NCBI GenBank assembly: GCA_050250515.1
Contig: JBFWON010000005.1
Coordinates: forward strand, 968 to 64,967
Direction of reading: 5' to 3'
Origin: Bdellovibrionales bacterium
GTDB taxonomy: Bacteria > Bdellovibrionota > Bdellovibrionia > Bdellovibrionales > UBA1609
DNA length: 64,000 nt
The notes under the pieces: generated by a model
The model's database searches: none
What the model was told of the DNA's origin: nothing
The model's input: only the letters and a program-made list of their open reading frames with translations
Position numbers and translations under genes: made by a program
In this document: piece after piece, positions 57,755-64,000 of the stretch
Layout: each line of letters opens with the position of its first letter
Position numbering within the stretch: the stretch's first letter is position 1

Positions 57755-58183
57755 CCTGAGTCGATATGGTCAAAATTTTTCTCCTGCCACGCTTTAAATG
57801 CCCTAAAAGGGCCTTCAAAGAGCCGATCAAACCTGGCCTTTTATTAGATTCCGTCGTCCTTTTAGATTTGGTTTGAATGCTGAGGTAAGTGTATTGTCGC
57901 GCCCTCGTGGAATTCCGACGTTTTGAGACTTTCGGGAGTCCCTTCGTTGGGGGTCAGTGAGGGCAACCCTAACCCGAGTATGGGATTCAGGCGCCCTGGA
58001 CGCTAGAGCGGTTATGCGGCCCTGACCAACCAAATTTAAGAGCAAAGTTGTCTAAATTACCCTACTTTCCTTATCACAACTAATGTATTCGTTTTGATTC
58101 TGGCCCTTATTTTGCTCCCACTTGTACCGATATGGGAAATGTGGGAATTTCCCAGTTGTTTTAACGTCCCACTGGAGGATATA

Positions 58184-58477
58184 ATGGATAGTAAAGAGGG
58201 GCTACAAATGGGCGCACCCAAATATGCTGATGAAAAAGGTCGTCTGAATTTAGGAAGCGAATTTGCCAATCAGGAATTCATCGTCATCCATGAGAAGAAC
58301 GGCGACGTTACGTTAAGACCTGCAGTCACCATTCCCGCAAACGAAGCCTGGCTTCTAAAGAACGCAAGAGCTCTAAGTCTCGTCGCTCGTGGCCTTGATG
58401 AGGCGAGAGATGGCAAATTTGTTGAATCGCCCATACGCGATGAAGATGAAGAATGGCTGAGTAAGATCGAAGACTAA
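58184..58477 (+). CDS. AbrB/MazE/SpoVT-type antitoxin-like DNA-binding protein
   Basis: Start at ATG 58184, behind GGAGG. DEKGRLNLGSEFANQEFIVIHEKNGDVTLRPAVTIPANEAWLLKN...LVARGLDEARDGKF matches the looped-hinge-helix antitoxin pattern. Confidence 0.6.
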   Translation: MDSKEGLQMGAPKYADEKGRLNLGSEFANQEFIVIHEKNGDVTLRPAVTIPANEAWLLKNARALSLVARGLDEARDGKFVESPIRDEDEEWLSKIED

Positions 58478-58483
58478 TCCTGC

Positions 58484-58837
58484 ATGTCCTTTACTTTGAA
58501 GTGGGTCGACACTGCATCAACGACGTACAACGATCTTCGAGACAGAGCCAAAACGGCCCAAGCTAATCGCGAAAAAAATAAAGTCGCGAAAGCAAGCCCC
58601 CAAGAGGGCCTTTTTAAACAGGTTGATAAAACTCTGAAATTTCTTAAGCAAAACCCAAGGCATCCGGGGCTCCAGACTCATGCCTACGATTCACTTGTTC
58701 ATCCGTGGTCACCGGGAAAAGAAAAAGTGTTTGAAGCGTACGCCCAAAACAACACGCCCGGAGCTTACCGAGTATTTTGGTGCTACGGACCCAAAGCCAA
58801 AGAGATCACCATTATCGCAATTACGGAACATCCTTGA
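58484..58837 (+). CDS. RelE/ParE-superfamily toxin-like protein
   Basis: 117 aa, 6 nt after the antitoxin-like gene. The C-terminal ...AYRVFWCYGPKAKEITIIAITEHP resembles the RelE/ParE-type ending (YR.....e...i.i..i..H). Confidence 0.45.
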   Translation: MSFTLKWVDTASTTYNDLRDRAKTAQANREKNKVAKASPQEGLFKQVDKTLKFLKQNPRHPGLQTHAYDSLVHPWSPGKEKVFEAYAQNNTPGAYRVFWCYGPKAKEITIIAITEHP

Positions 58838-59108
58838 AGAGGTTCAAAGCCTTCAGCTAGGTATTTGACTCAAATATGCTTTGCGATTGCGGCCGCGACC
58901 TTTTCGACCGCACCATTAATGGAAACAAATTTTTCGCTGATTTGAAACCAAGCTTAGCGAAAGAATGCGGGAGAAATTTCTGTGCACCTAACAATTGGAA
59001 CTGGAAACATTCTTTAATTCGCGCCGTTCATATCTTCGCGTCCTTTGTCCGTGCGACTTATGCAAACGTGCGATCTGATTTAGCCTCTTAAATTTTTCCT
59101 CCGAGAAC

Positions 59109-59224
59109 CGCCTTCGAAGAAACTGGGCTTTTCCGACGCCTGCGTTCGGTCCCGCCTTCGCTTCGCTCAGTCATGCCCTCCGCCGCTGGCGCTTCCGGCG
59201 TCGGGCCCAATTCCTTCTACGGCG
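59109..59224. repeat. GC-rich imperfect inverted repeat / structured element
   Basis: CGCCTTCGAAGAAACTGGGC (59109-59128) and GCCCAATTCCTTCTACGGCG (59205-59224) are complementary at 16 of 20 positions. The inner pair CCGACGCC (59133-59140) and GGCGTCGG (59197-59204) is a perfect match. The element is non-coding and conspicuously GC-rich. Confidence 0.35.
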
Positions 59225-59299
59225 GGCGCCGGGGAGCCTTTAGGGCTTCAGCTGCGTGAAAGCCCCGAAAGGCGGGGCGCAAAACAAACGGAGGAAAAA

Positions 59300-59530
59300 A
59301 TGAAACCTAATCTTAATCGCGCCACTGCAAGACTTTCGAAGAACGGAAAATTCATGATCGTCGAAATGAACGGTCAGAATGCAATTCTGAATGCGAATCT
59401 CGTTCGTTACCTTTTCGACATTCCGTACACTCGAAAAAACGGCACAAAAATTTCCCAAAATCAGATATTTCAGATGAAAGAAAAGGCTCAAGCTGCCTAT
59501 GAGGCGAAAGTTCGCGAGTCCGCTAATTGA
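59300..59530 (+). CDS. hypothetical 76-aa protein
   Basis: GGAGGAAAAA precedes the ATG. The gene ends at a strong hairpin. No recognisable family. Confidence 0.4.
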   Translation: MKPNLNRATARLSKNGKFMIVEMNGQNAILNANLVRYLFDIPYTRKNGTKISQNQIFQMKEKAQAAYEAKVRESAN

Positions 59531-59536
59531 AAAGGC

Positions 59537-59558
59537 GGGGCGCGGTGTCCCGCGCCCC
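59537..59558. terminator. GC hairpin shared by two convergent small genes
   Basis: GGGGCGCGG-TGTC-CCGCGCCCC forms a 9-bp GC stem. It is followed by TTTCTTTT on the plus strand and preceded by AAAAGG, which gives a U-tract on the minus strand. Confidence 0.65.
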
Positions 59559-59564
59559 TTTCTT

Positions 59565-59717
59565 TTAGAACCCTAGCGCGTCGAGAATCGTCTTGGCTAA
59601 ATAGCCAGCTCCCACTTTCAAGACGACGTTGAGAATCCATCCAACAGTATCTTTGAGTTCATCCGGATTTTGTCTAGGCTGCGGGATTTTGGGGTCGATT
59701 TGATTTTCTTGGTTCAT
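59565..59717 (-). CDS. unannotated 50-aa peptide with amphipathic/hydrophobic C-half
   Basis: Below the track cut-off. Hand translation gives MNQENQIDPKIPQPRQNPDELKDTVGWILNVVLKVGAGYLAKTILDALGF. A perfect AAGGAGG lies 5 nt before the ATG. The paralogous copy at 36.9-37.2 kb shows a synonymous-type substitution pattern. Confidence 0.55.
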   Translation of the reverse strand: MNQENQIDPKIPQPRQNPDELKDTVGWILNVVLKVGAGYLAKTILDALGF

Positions 59718-59721
59718 GCGA

Positions 59722-59749
59722 ACCTCCTTTTGCCCGGAGGCAAGGAGGT
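59722..59749 (-). promoter_or_regulatory. SD-sequestering leader helix (copy B)
   Basis: In mRNA sense the sequence is CACCUCCUUGCCUCCGGGCAAAAGGAGGUUCGCAUG. ACCUCCUU pairs with AAGGAGGU over 8 bp, fully covering the RBS. Confidence 0.5.
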
Positions 59750-60078
59750 GAGCGATGAGAATTCGCTTTACGCGACCCCAGTGACCGCGTGCGAATAATG
59801 CGGATGTTCTCTTTGATCGAGTACGTATTTAAGATGTTTTGTCGTAGTCTCCCTGGCATTTTGCAATGCGTCGACTGCATACCCCTTAATACTAGTCCAT
59901 CGGGCATGTTAATTTTTTGAAGGTGGCTTCGACGTCTTCTTCGATGAATGTATTAAGTCTGCCATAAGGCACTTTTCGACCAGGGGAACGTGGAAAGGCC
60001 GAAAATCGTCCACTCTATATTATAAACTAAACCGTATTAGGTTTAACGGCGGCCCAGGTATTGAAGAGGGCATGGTCC

Positions 60079-61254
60079 ATGAAAGTGGGTCATCTTTCAG
60101 CCATCATTCTTTGCCTCACCCTGGTCGGCGTCGTTGCATGTCCGAAGAAGGGCTCGAACCAGCAGGGCGGCGCAAGCCTCCTCGATACCACTCCACCTAA
60201 GAACAACGATGGCACCCAGCACGGCGGCGGGGGCGGCGCAAGCCAAAGTACTCCGGAACTGGTGAATCAAGCTATCGACAAAGCCATTTCAATGGCGCTC
60301 GAGCCCGACTGGGGCAAAAACATTTTCGTTCAGTTCATTCAAGACGGAACTTATCCAGCTGAAAATTCCGGCGATGACGATCGCATCGAAGTAATCCTTA
60401 GCCCAAAGTTCATTTTCCCGAAGAAGGGCGATGGCCAGGCGCAAATGGAAGGCGCATATGAGAGTCCTATGCTTAAGGCTTTTGGTAAAAATAAAATCAC
60501 GCGTCTTCCTATAGGTGATTGCCCTCGTCCTCCGGACGAAGAGACAGCAGACGCGTCCGTTTCAGGACTCACTCTCAATGCCGACATCTGTTTCAGCGTC
60601 GGCAACCTAACAAAACTTCCTCCCTCGATCTTACTTCGTGAAGTTCTCGCGCTCGTTTTTCATGAGGCGGCCCATATGGGAGGCGCTAAAGAACCTGACG
60701 CCAAAAAATATCAGAGAGTTTTCACTCAATACTTCGCGGCTCGGTTCGGTGACATCACAGTGGATGATTTCAACTACAAAGCGGAGATTGCGATTGGATT
60801 CGCCAATATCCGAATTAAGCGTGCACTTGAGTTGGCTAAGCAGAAGCCCGATAGCCCTGCTGTCTTTGCTGCAATGGGAGCAATCCTCGGGGCGATCAAC
60901 TCAGTCCCCTACATGGATGACGCTCTTCAAATCGAATTCAAGGCTCGCCCTAAGCACCCTGAGCTTGTCGAAAATTTCTGGCATAGAATCAATCTCGTGT
61001 CCCAGCAGATTTCTGCGAGCTTCGAGCCGCCGTGGGAACTTCAAATGTACACACTGGTTCAGTACACGGGCAGAATTGCCCGGCCCGACGAGGTAGTGGC
61101 CAAAATCACTGAGCAGGCTCTAGGTATGCAATGTCTATTTGATAACTACAAGGCGCTTGAGACCGGCGCACTTCGCAAGGAATGTATGCTCAAGCCACTT
61201 ACCGCCATGGATAAGTACTTTATGCTTCCGCGAAGAGTCTCGCAAAAATATTAG
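60079..61254 (+). CDS. lipoprotein with HExxH motif (putative zinc metalloprotease)
   Basis: ATG 60079 follows AAGAGGG. The track start TTG 60061 is also possible. Lipobox LVGVVAC. Gly/Gln-rich linker. VFHEAAHMGG contains HExxH. Unknown family. Confidence 0.55.
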   Translation: MKVGHLSAIILCLTLVGVVACPKKGSNQQGGASLLDTTPPKNNDGTQHGGGGGASQSTPELVNQAIDKAISMALEPDWGKNIFVQFIQDGTYPAENSGDDDRIEVILSPKFIFPKKGDGQAQMEGAYESPMLKAFGKNKITRLPIGDCPRPPDEETADASVSGLTLNADICFSVGNLTKLPPSILLREVLALVFHEAAHMGGAKEPDAKKYQRVFTQYFAARFGDITVDDFNYKAEIAIGFANIRIKRALELAKQKPDSPAVFAAMGAILGAINSVPYMDDALQIEFKARPKHPELVENFWHRINLVSQQISASFEPPWELQMYTLVQYTGRIARPDEVVAKITEQALGMQCLFDNYKALETGALRKECMLKPLTAMDKYFMLPRRVSQKY

Positions 61255-62057
61255 AATTCAAACCAATCGATGTTAAGACACATCAGCTTTTCTTCGGGCG
61301 AGGGAGCAATTCGCTCCGAAAAACTCTTCACAAATGCATGAAGCTCTTTTCTGAATATTTCTGAGTCTTTTTTTGAAACCGAGACGGGGAATGATGTGTG
61401 AATGCTCTCTGGATTGTGTTCTGAAAATGCTTCGACGGCCTTAAGCCGCCAGTTTCTTCTGTGGTTGTTCAAATAGGGACTCGGCTCGGACACGAAAGAA
61501 GATGTGACGCCTGGTAGAATGTATCCACCTTCTTGGTTGCAAATCCCGCTCGCAACCAAGAACGAGGTTATCTCAACTATTTTTGCTTTCGGTAGTTCGG
61601 AAAAGTAGTTCGAGATTGCATCAAGAGTTTGATTGCCCTTGATTGAGACAAGGCAGCTCACGGCTGCGTAATACCAATTGGAGTAAAACACTCCCTTTTC
61701 TGCCTCCGAGAGAAATTCTTTTCCGACGACATTCGATTTTAGTTTCCGCGCTTCCAGGCGGATCTTATCCATTTTGTTTTCATAAAACGCCTTTAGGTCT
61801 TTAGATTCGGCTCGCGAAAAGCCAACCATGAATATGAAATACTCGGTGGCCCTCTCGTCAAGACCAAAGAACGCAGCGACTTTGACCGCTTGATCTTGAG
61901 TGAGCTCGCGATCTTGATTGAGGATCTGGCTCACTACGATCGGGCTCGTCTTCAAATGACGGGCAAGTGCGGCCGCTCGTCCGCGCCCGTTCTTGGGGGC
62001 CGCTTTGATCGATTCCTTCAGAAAGTTCTTATAATTTGTAAATTCTGCTATCCACAT
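61251..62057 (-). CDS. TIGR02147-family protein (HTH-containing, DUF4423-like)
   Basis: 268 aa. The N-terminus YKNFLKESIKA...GRGRAAALARHLKTSPIVVSQILNQDRELTQDQAVKVAAFFGL, followed by a conserved C-terminal domain, matches my recollection of the TIGR02147 paralogous family. Confidence 0.65.
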   Translation of the reverse strand: MWIAEFTNYKNFLKESIKAAPKNGRGRAAALARHLKTSPIVVSQILNQDRELTQDQAVKVAAFFGLDERATEYFIFMVGFSRAESKDLKAFYENKMDKIRLEARKLKSNVVGKEFLSEAEKGVFYSNWYYAAVSCLVSIKGNQTLDAISNYFSELPKAKIVEITSFLVASGICNQEGGYILPGVTSSFVSEPSPYLNNHRRNWRLKAVEAFSEHNPESIHTSFPVSVSKKDSEIFRKELHAFVKSFSERIAPSPEEKLMCLNIDWFEF

Positions 62058-62163
62058 ATTCCTACCTATTTATCGGTACTTACGTGCCAAAGTATTACGG
62101 TTCATTAATATTTGCTGTGTCGATTAACTAACATAGTAATATCGCGGCGCGTTAAGTCCATGT

Positions 62164-62191
62164 ATCCTCCGTTCAATTCGTCACGGAGGAT
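62164..62191 (+). promoter_or_regulatory. SD-sequestering hairpin in front of the sigma-like gene
   Basis: ATCCTCCGT (62164-62172) and ACGGAGGAT (62183-62191) form a perfect 9-bp inverted repeat. The 3' arm is the RBS, 3 nt before ATG 62195. Confidence 0.5.
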
Positions 62192-62194
62192 GAA

Positions 62195-62737
62195 ATGAGA
62201 AATCGAAATAAACATTCAAATAAGTTCCGCAAAGATCCAATGTTCAGGGATCTCCAAGGCTACCTTCCTTGGCTTGATACAGCTGGAAAGCCTTTGCCTC
62301 CCACCGTTCTGGCCAGCGTCTCAAGCCGGTGGAATCAGGAGACCTGGGATGCGTTTCTCGATTCGTTCGAAGAACCTGCTCACGAAAAATATGTGTCGAC
62401 GAAACGCTGGGAAATGCTCACAGAAGAACTCGAGCACAGCATCTTTGATCTCTATGTCACATCACCCGACATCACCGAACATCACGTTGATTCAAGCGTT
62501 CAGATTCTGCCGCAGCTTCATCGCCAGGTAATCTTCCTGACTTACTGGAAGAACTTAAGCGTTCGCAAAGTTGCAAGCGCGCTTGGCCTCTCGAAATCGC
62601 TTGTTCAGAGGATGCTGAAAGATGCTGAGCGAACTTTGCGAGCTCTAATAGGCGGGGGGCTGGGACAGTTTGCCTCTTATGAAGGACCCAAAAAATCTAA
62701 AAAGGAGAGAAGCGATGACCAAGACATTTCTGCGTAA
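62195..62737 (+). CDS. sigma-70 region-4-like HTH protein
   Basis: 180 aa. The C-terminal LPQLHRQVIFLTYWKNLSVRKVASALGLSKSLVQRMLKDAERTLRAL is a region-4-type HTH. I saw no region 2. Confidence 0.55.
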   Translation: MRNRNKHSNKFRKDPMFRDLQGYLPWLDTAGKPLPPTVLASVSSRWNQETWDAFLDSFEEPAHEKYVSTKRWEMLTEELEHSIFDLYVTSPDITEHHVDSSVQILPQLHRQVIFLTYWKNLSVRKVASALGLSKSLVQRMLKDAERTLRALIGGGLGQFASYEGPKKSKKERSDDQDISA

Positions 62738-62849
62738 TCTGATTTCGTGGTTCTCGAAAGTTATCTTTCCTGAGGATGCCCAGGATTGGGCGCATTTGGA
62801 ATTCGGACGTTCCCTTCAGAAGAGTGATCTCGACGGGAGGCTCATGTGA
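62715..62849 (+). CDS. possible 44-aa coupled small ORF
   Basis: AAAGGAGAGAAGCG precedes ATG 62715. The translation is MTKTFLRNLISWFSKVIFPEDAQDWAHLEFGRSLQKSDLDGRLM. Its stop TGA (62847-62849) overlaps the GTG (62846) of the next gene. Below the track cut-off. Confidence 0.25.
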   Translation: MTKTFLRNLISWFSKVIFPEDAQDWAHLEFGRSLQKSDLDGRLM

Positions 62850-63112
62850 AAGAATCCGTCGAACTTATCGATTCCCTCTGGGAATCAATCGACCCAGGAT
62901 CACCCTTGCTCGCGGCACTCAAAGGACTACCTCCTCAGGCTCAGCGGGCCGTGTACCTAAGGTTCTGGGAGAACTCGATGATCGAGGAAATCGCAGACGA
63001 GCTTCGTCTCACTTGGGACGAGGCTGATTTCCTTCTCGATGAATCAATTTTTCGTTTACGAGAGCACCTCGCACAACTTCTTGGCCTCTCAGAAATCTCA
63101 AACGCTTGTTAA
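62846..63112 (+). CDS. sigma-70 region-4-only small protein
   Basis: 88 aa. GGGAGG precedes the GTG start. LKGLPPQAQRAVYLRFWENSMIEEIADELRLTWDEADFLLDESIFRLREHL is a region-4-type HTH. Confidence 0.5.
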   Translation: MKESVELIDSLWESIDPGSPLLAALKGLPPQAQRAVYLRFWENSMIEEIADELRLTWDEADFLLDESIFRLREHLAQLLGLSEISNAC

Positions 63113-63122
63113 GGAGGCGTTC

Positions 63123-63500
63123 ATGAAACAAGTGCAACCCGCGAACTATAATCGATTTGAAGTTTTTCAGAAACTCGACACGGATCGGGTCGTAGGCCAG
63201 GCGTTTAGCCGCGAAGGTGATTCGCTCATCACGCTTAAGCTCTACACCATGATTAATGAGAAATTTTACGTGTTGATCTGTCGTGGAGACACTTCGAGGT
63301 ATTTGATTATGACTCGCGAAGAAAATAGAAGCTCTAAAAAAAATAAATATATTTGGCACATTGTAGGGAACGGAAAAGTTGATACGGCAAATGGTGTCGT
63401 TAAGCTTAATTTCGATCTCTTCGAGAAACCGATCTTCATGAGCCTACACCCGGATAAGCGACCGAACCTCAAAGTTGCCAATGACCAGGAGGCTTCCTAA
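63123..63500 (+). CDS. hypothetical 125-aa protein upstream of the pilin gene
   Basis: AAGGAGG (63111-63117) precedes ATG 63123. The stop overlaps the pilin start (TAATG). No recognisable family. Confidence 0.5.
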   Translation: MKQVQPANYNRFEVFQKLDTDRVVGQAFSREGDSLITLKLYTMINEKFYVLICRGDTSRYLIMTREENRSSKKNKYIWHIVGNGKVDTANGVVKLNFDLFEKPIFMSLHPDKRPNLKVANDQEAS

Positions 63501-63781
63501 TGAAACGGATCAATCCGCATTTCGCGCTTTTGTTGCTTTGTCTTCTGCTTTGTCCGCTTTTCGCGCACGCAGGACTTGAATCAAGTCTTAACGGCATCAA
63601 GGTGAAACTGACAGGAGTCATCCTGCCAGTCCTCTCTGTGATCGGTATTGCGCTCGCCGCAATTTCCTTCTTCACCGGGAACCCGAATGCCAAACAGCAT
63701 ATCGCCTACGCGATCATCGGTTGTATTTTCGGATTTGGTGCACAAGCTATCGTCGACTTTATCGCACAGACGGTGCGCTAG
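63500..63781 (+). CDS. TrbC/VirB2-family type IV secretion pilin
   Basis: 93 aa. Long signal peptide ...LCPLFAHAG, then two hydrophobic helices (VILPVLSVIGIALAAISFF / AYAIIGCIFGFGAQAIVDFI). This is the VirB2/TrbC architecture. Confidence 0.7.
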   Translation: MKRINPHFALLLLCLLLCPLFAHAGLESSLNGIKVKLTGVILPVLSVIGIALAAISFFTGNPNAKQHIAYAIIGCIFGFGAQAIVDFIAQTVR

Positions 63782-64000
63782 ATGGATGAAGAGGTGATGG
63801 TCACAAAAGTTCCTCGTGCACTGGAGATGAAAACCAAGCTCTTCGGATTTGAACTTCCAGACTTGCTCCTCATCTTCATGAACTTGGCCGTAACCAATTT
63901 AATTTTTGGTTCGACTGAGTTTCGATACTCCCTGGTATGGGGATCATCGATCGCGCTCGCTAGTTTTTTATTTTTCGCAAAGCGCGGCCGACCAGATGGC
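63782..64000 (+). CDS. VirB3/TraL-like small T4SS membrane protein (partial, runs off the right edge)
   Basis: The ATG directly follows the pilin stop. Hand translation gives MDEEVMVTKVPRALEMKTKLFGFELPDLLLIFMNLAVTNLIF...ALASFLFFAKRGRPDG. This matches the 'stub + TM + K(R/K)G.PDG' pattern seen in TraL/VirB3-type proteins. Confidence 0.5.
   Translation, partial: MDEEVMVTKVPRALEMKTKLFGFELPDLLLIFMNLAVTNLIFGSTEFRYSLVWGSSIALASFLFFAKRGRPDG

Noticed and set aside
57805-57842. Hairpin AAAAGGGCC...GGCCTTTT after the kinase gene as an intrinsic terminator
   Set aside because: The stem is only ~8 bp, with a bulge and a ~21-nt loop, so it is weak.
57951-58032. tRNA-like element: GGGTCAG...CTGACCA-A-CCA with several short internal hairpins, ~82 nt, in the gap after the kinase gene
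   Set aside because: The internal arms do not fold as a cloverleaf. The 'D loop' would be 3 nt, there is no GTTC-type T arm, and the anticodon stem is poor. It may still be a structured RNA or an att remnant, but I cannot support a tRNA or tmRNA call.
58876-59091. 71-aa ORF in the gap after the TA pair
   Set aside because: It has no RBS, an odd Cys/Asn/Phe-rich composition and no neighbouring coupling. It is probably non-coding.
59674-59907. 77-aa minus-strand ORF
   Set aside because: It overlaps the leader and 5' part of the 50-aa peptide gene in another frame. It is very basic and Arg/Pro-rich, as is typical of spurious frames.
1-64000. CRISPR arrays, rRNA genes, IS elements/transposases, phage structural genes, restriction-modification or other recognisable defence systems
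   Set aside because: I found no regularly spaced repeat arrays. No ORF carries transposase, integrase (other than Xer-type), nuclease-helicase or methyltransferase signatures.

Overview
Dense bacterial chromosomal window. The gene content suggests a Bdellovibrio-type (Bdellovibrionota) genome: paired HD-GYP proteins, CdnL, a TIGR02147-family protein and an Agl/Glt-like cluster. This assignment is inference only.

Positions 1-36 kb are mostly housekeeping: a partial MFS gene, fbaB, lysS, recG, cdnL, gltX, cysS, uvrB, uvrC, an NfeD/stomatin pair, SpoIID, a XerC/D-type recombinase and comM. This stretch is interrupted at 18.4-27.7 kb by ten translationally coupled genes. They encode a TolQ-like channel, two TolR-like proteins, TPR-like proteins, a TonB-C/AgmX-like protein, an outer-membrane (OM) barrel, and Ig-repeat and vWA lipoproteins. 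I read this cluster as an Agl-Glt-type envelope or gliding machine rather than Tol-Pal.

A tRNA-Cys(GCA) lies at 35994-36067. Everything to its right looks accessory and appears more AT-rich by eye (not computed). This region holds:
- redox and thiol-stress genes: two VOC-fold proteins, a DOPA-dioxygenase-like enzyme, DoxX/HxlR, two glutathione peroxidases and a tandem USP;
- a TetR-TolC-RND-thioesterase-GPx operon with no adaptor gene;
- OMPLA coupled to an HPPD-like protein;
- a MarR-EmrA-EmrB-TolC operon with a near-consensus promoter and a probably leaderless first gene;
- an orphan PAS histidine kinase;
- from about 57.8 kb, a mobile-looking module with a toxin-antitoxin (TA) pair, small ORFs, an HExxH lipoprotein, a TIGR02147 regulator, two sigma-region-4-only proteins and the start of a type IV secretion locus (VirB2/TrbC pilin plus a VirB3/TraL-like gene running off the right edge).

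The most unusual signal is an unannotated family of ~50-codon peptide genes. There are two copies, one of them frame-disrupted. Each is preceded by a conserved leader helix that pairs with the Shine-Dalgarno (SD) sequence. Similar SD-occluding helices precede two other genes. I saw no CRISPR array, rRNA, transposase or phage structural genes.
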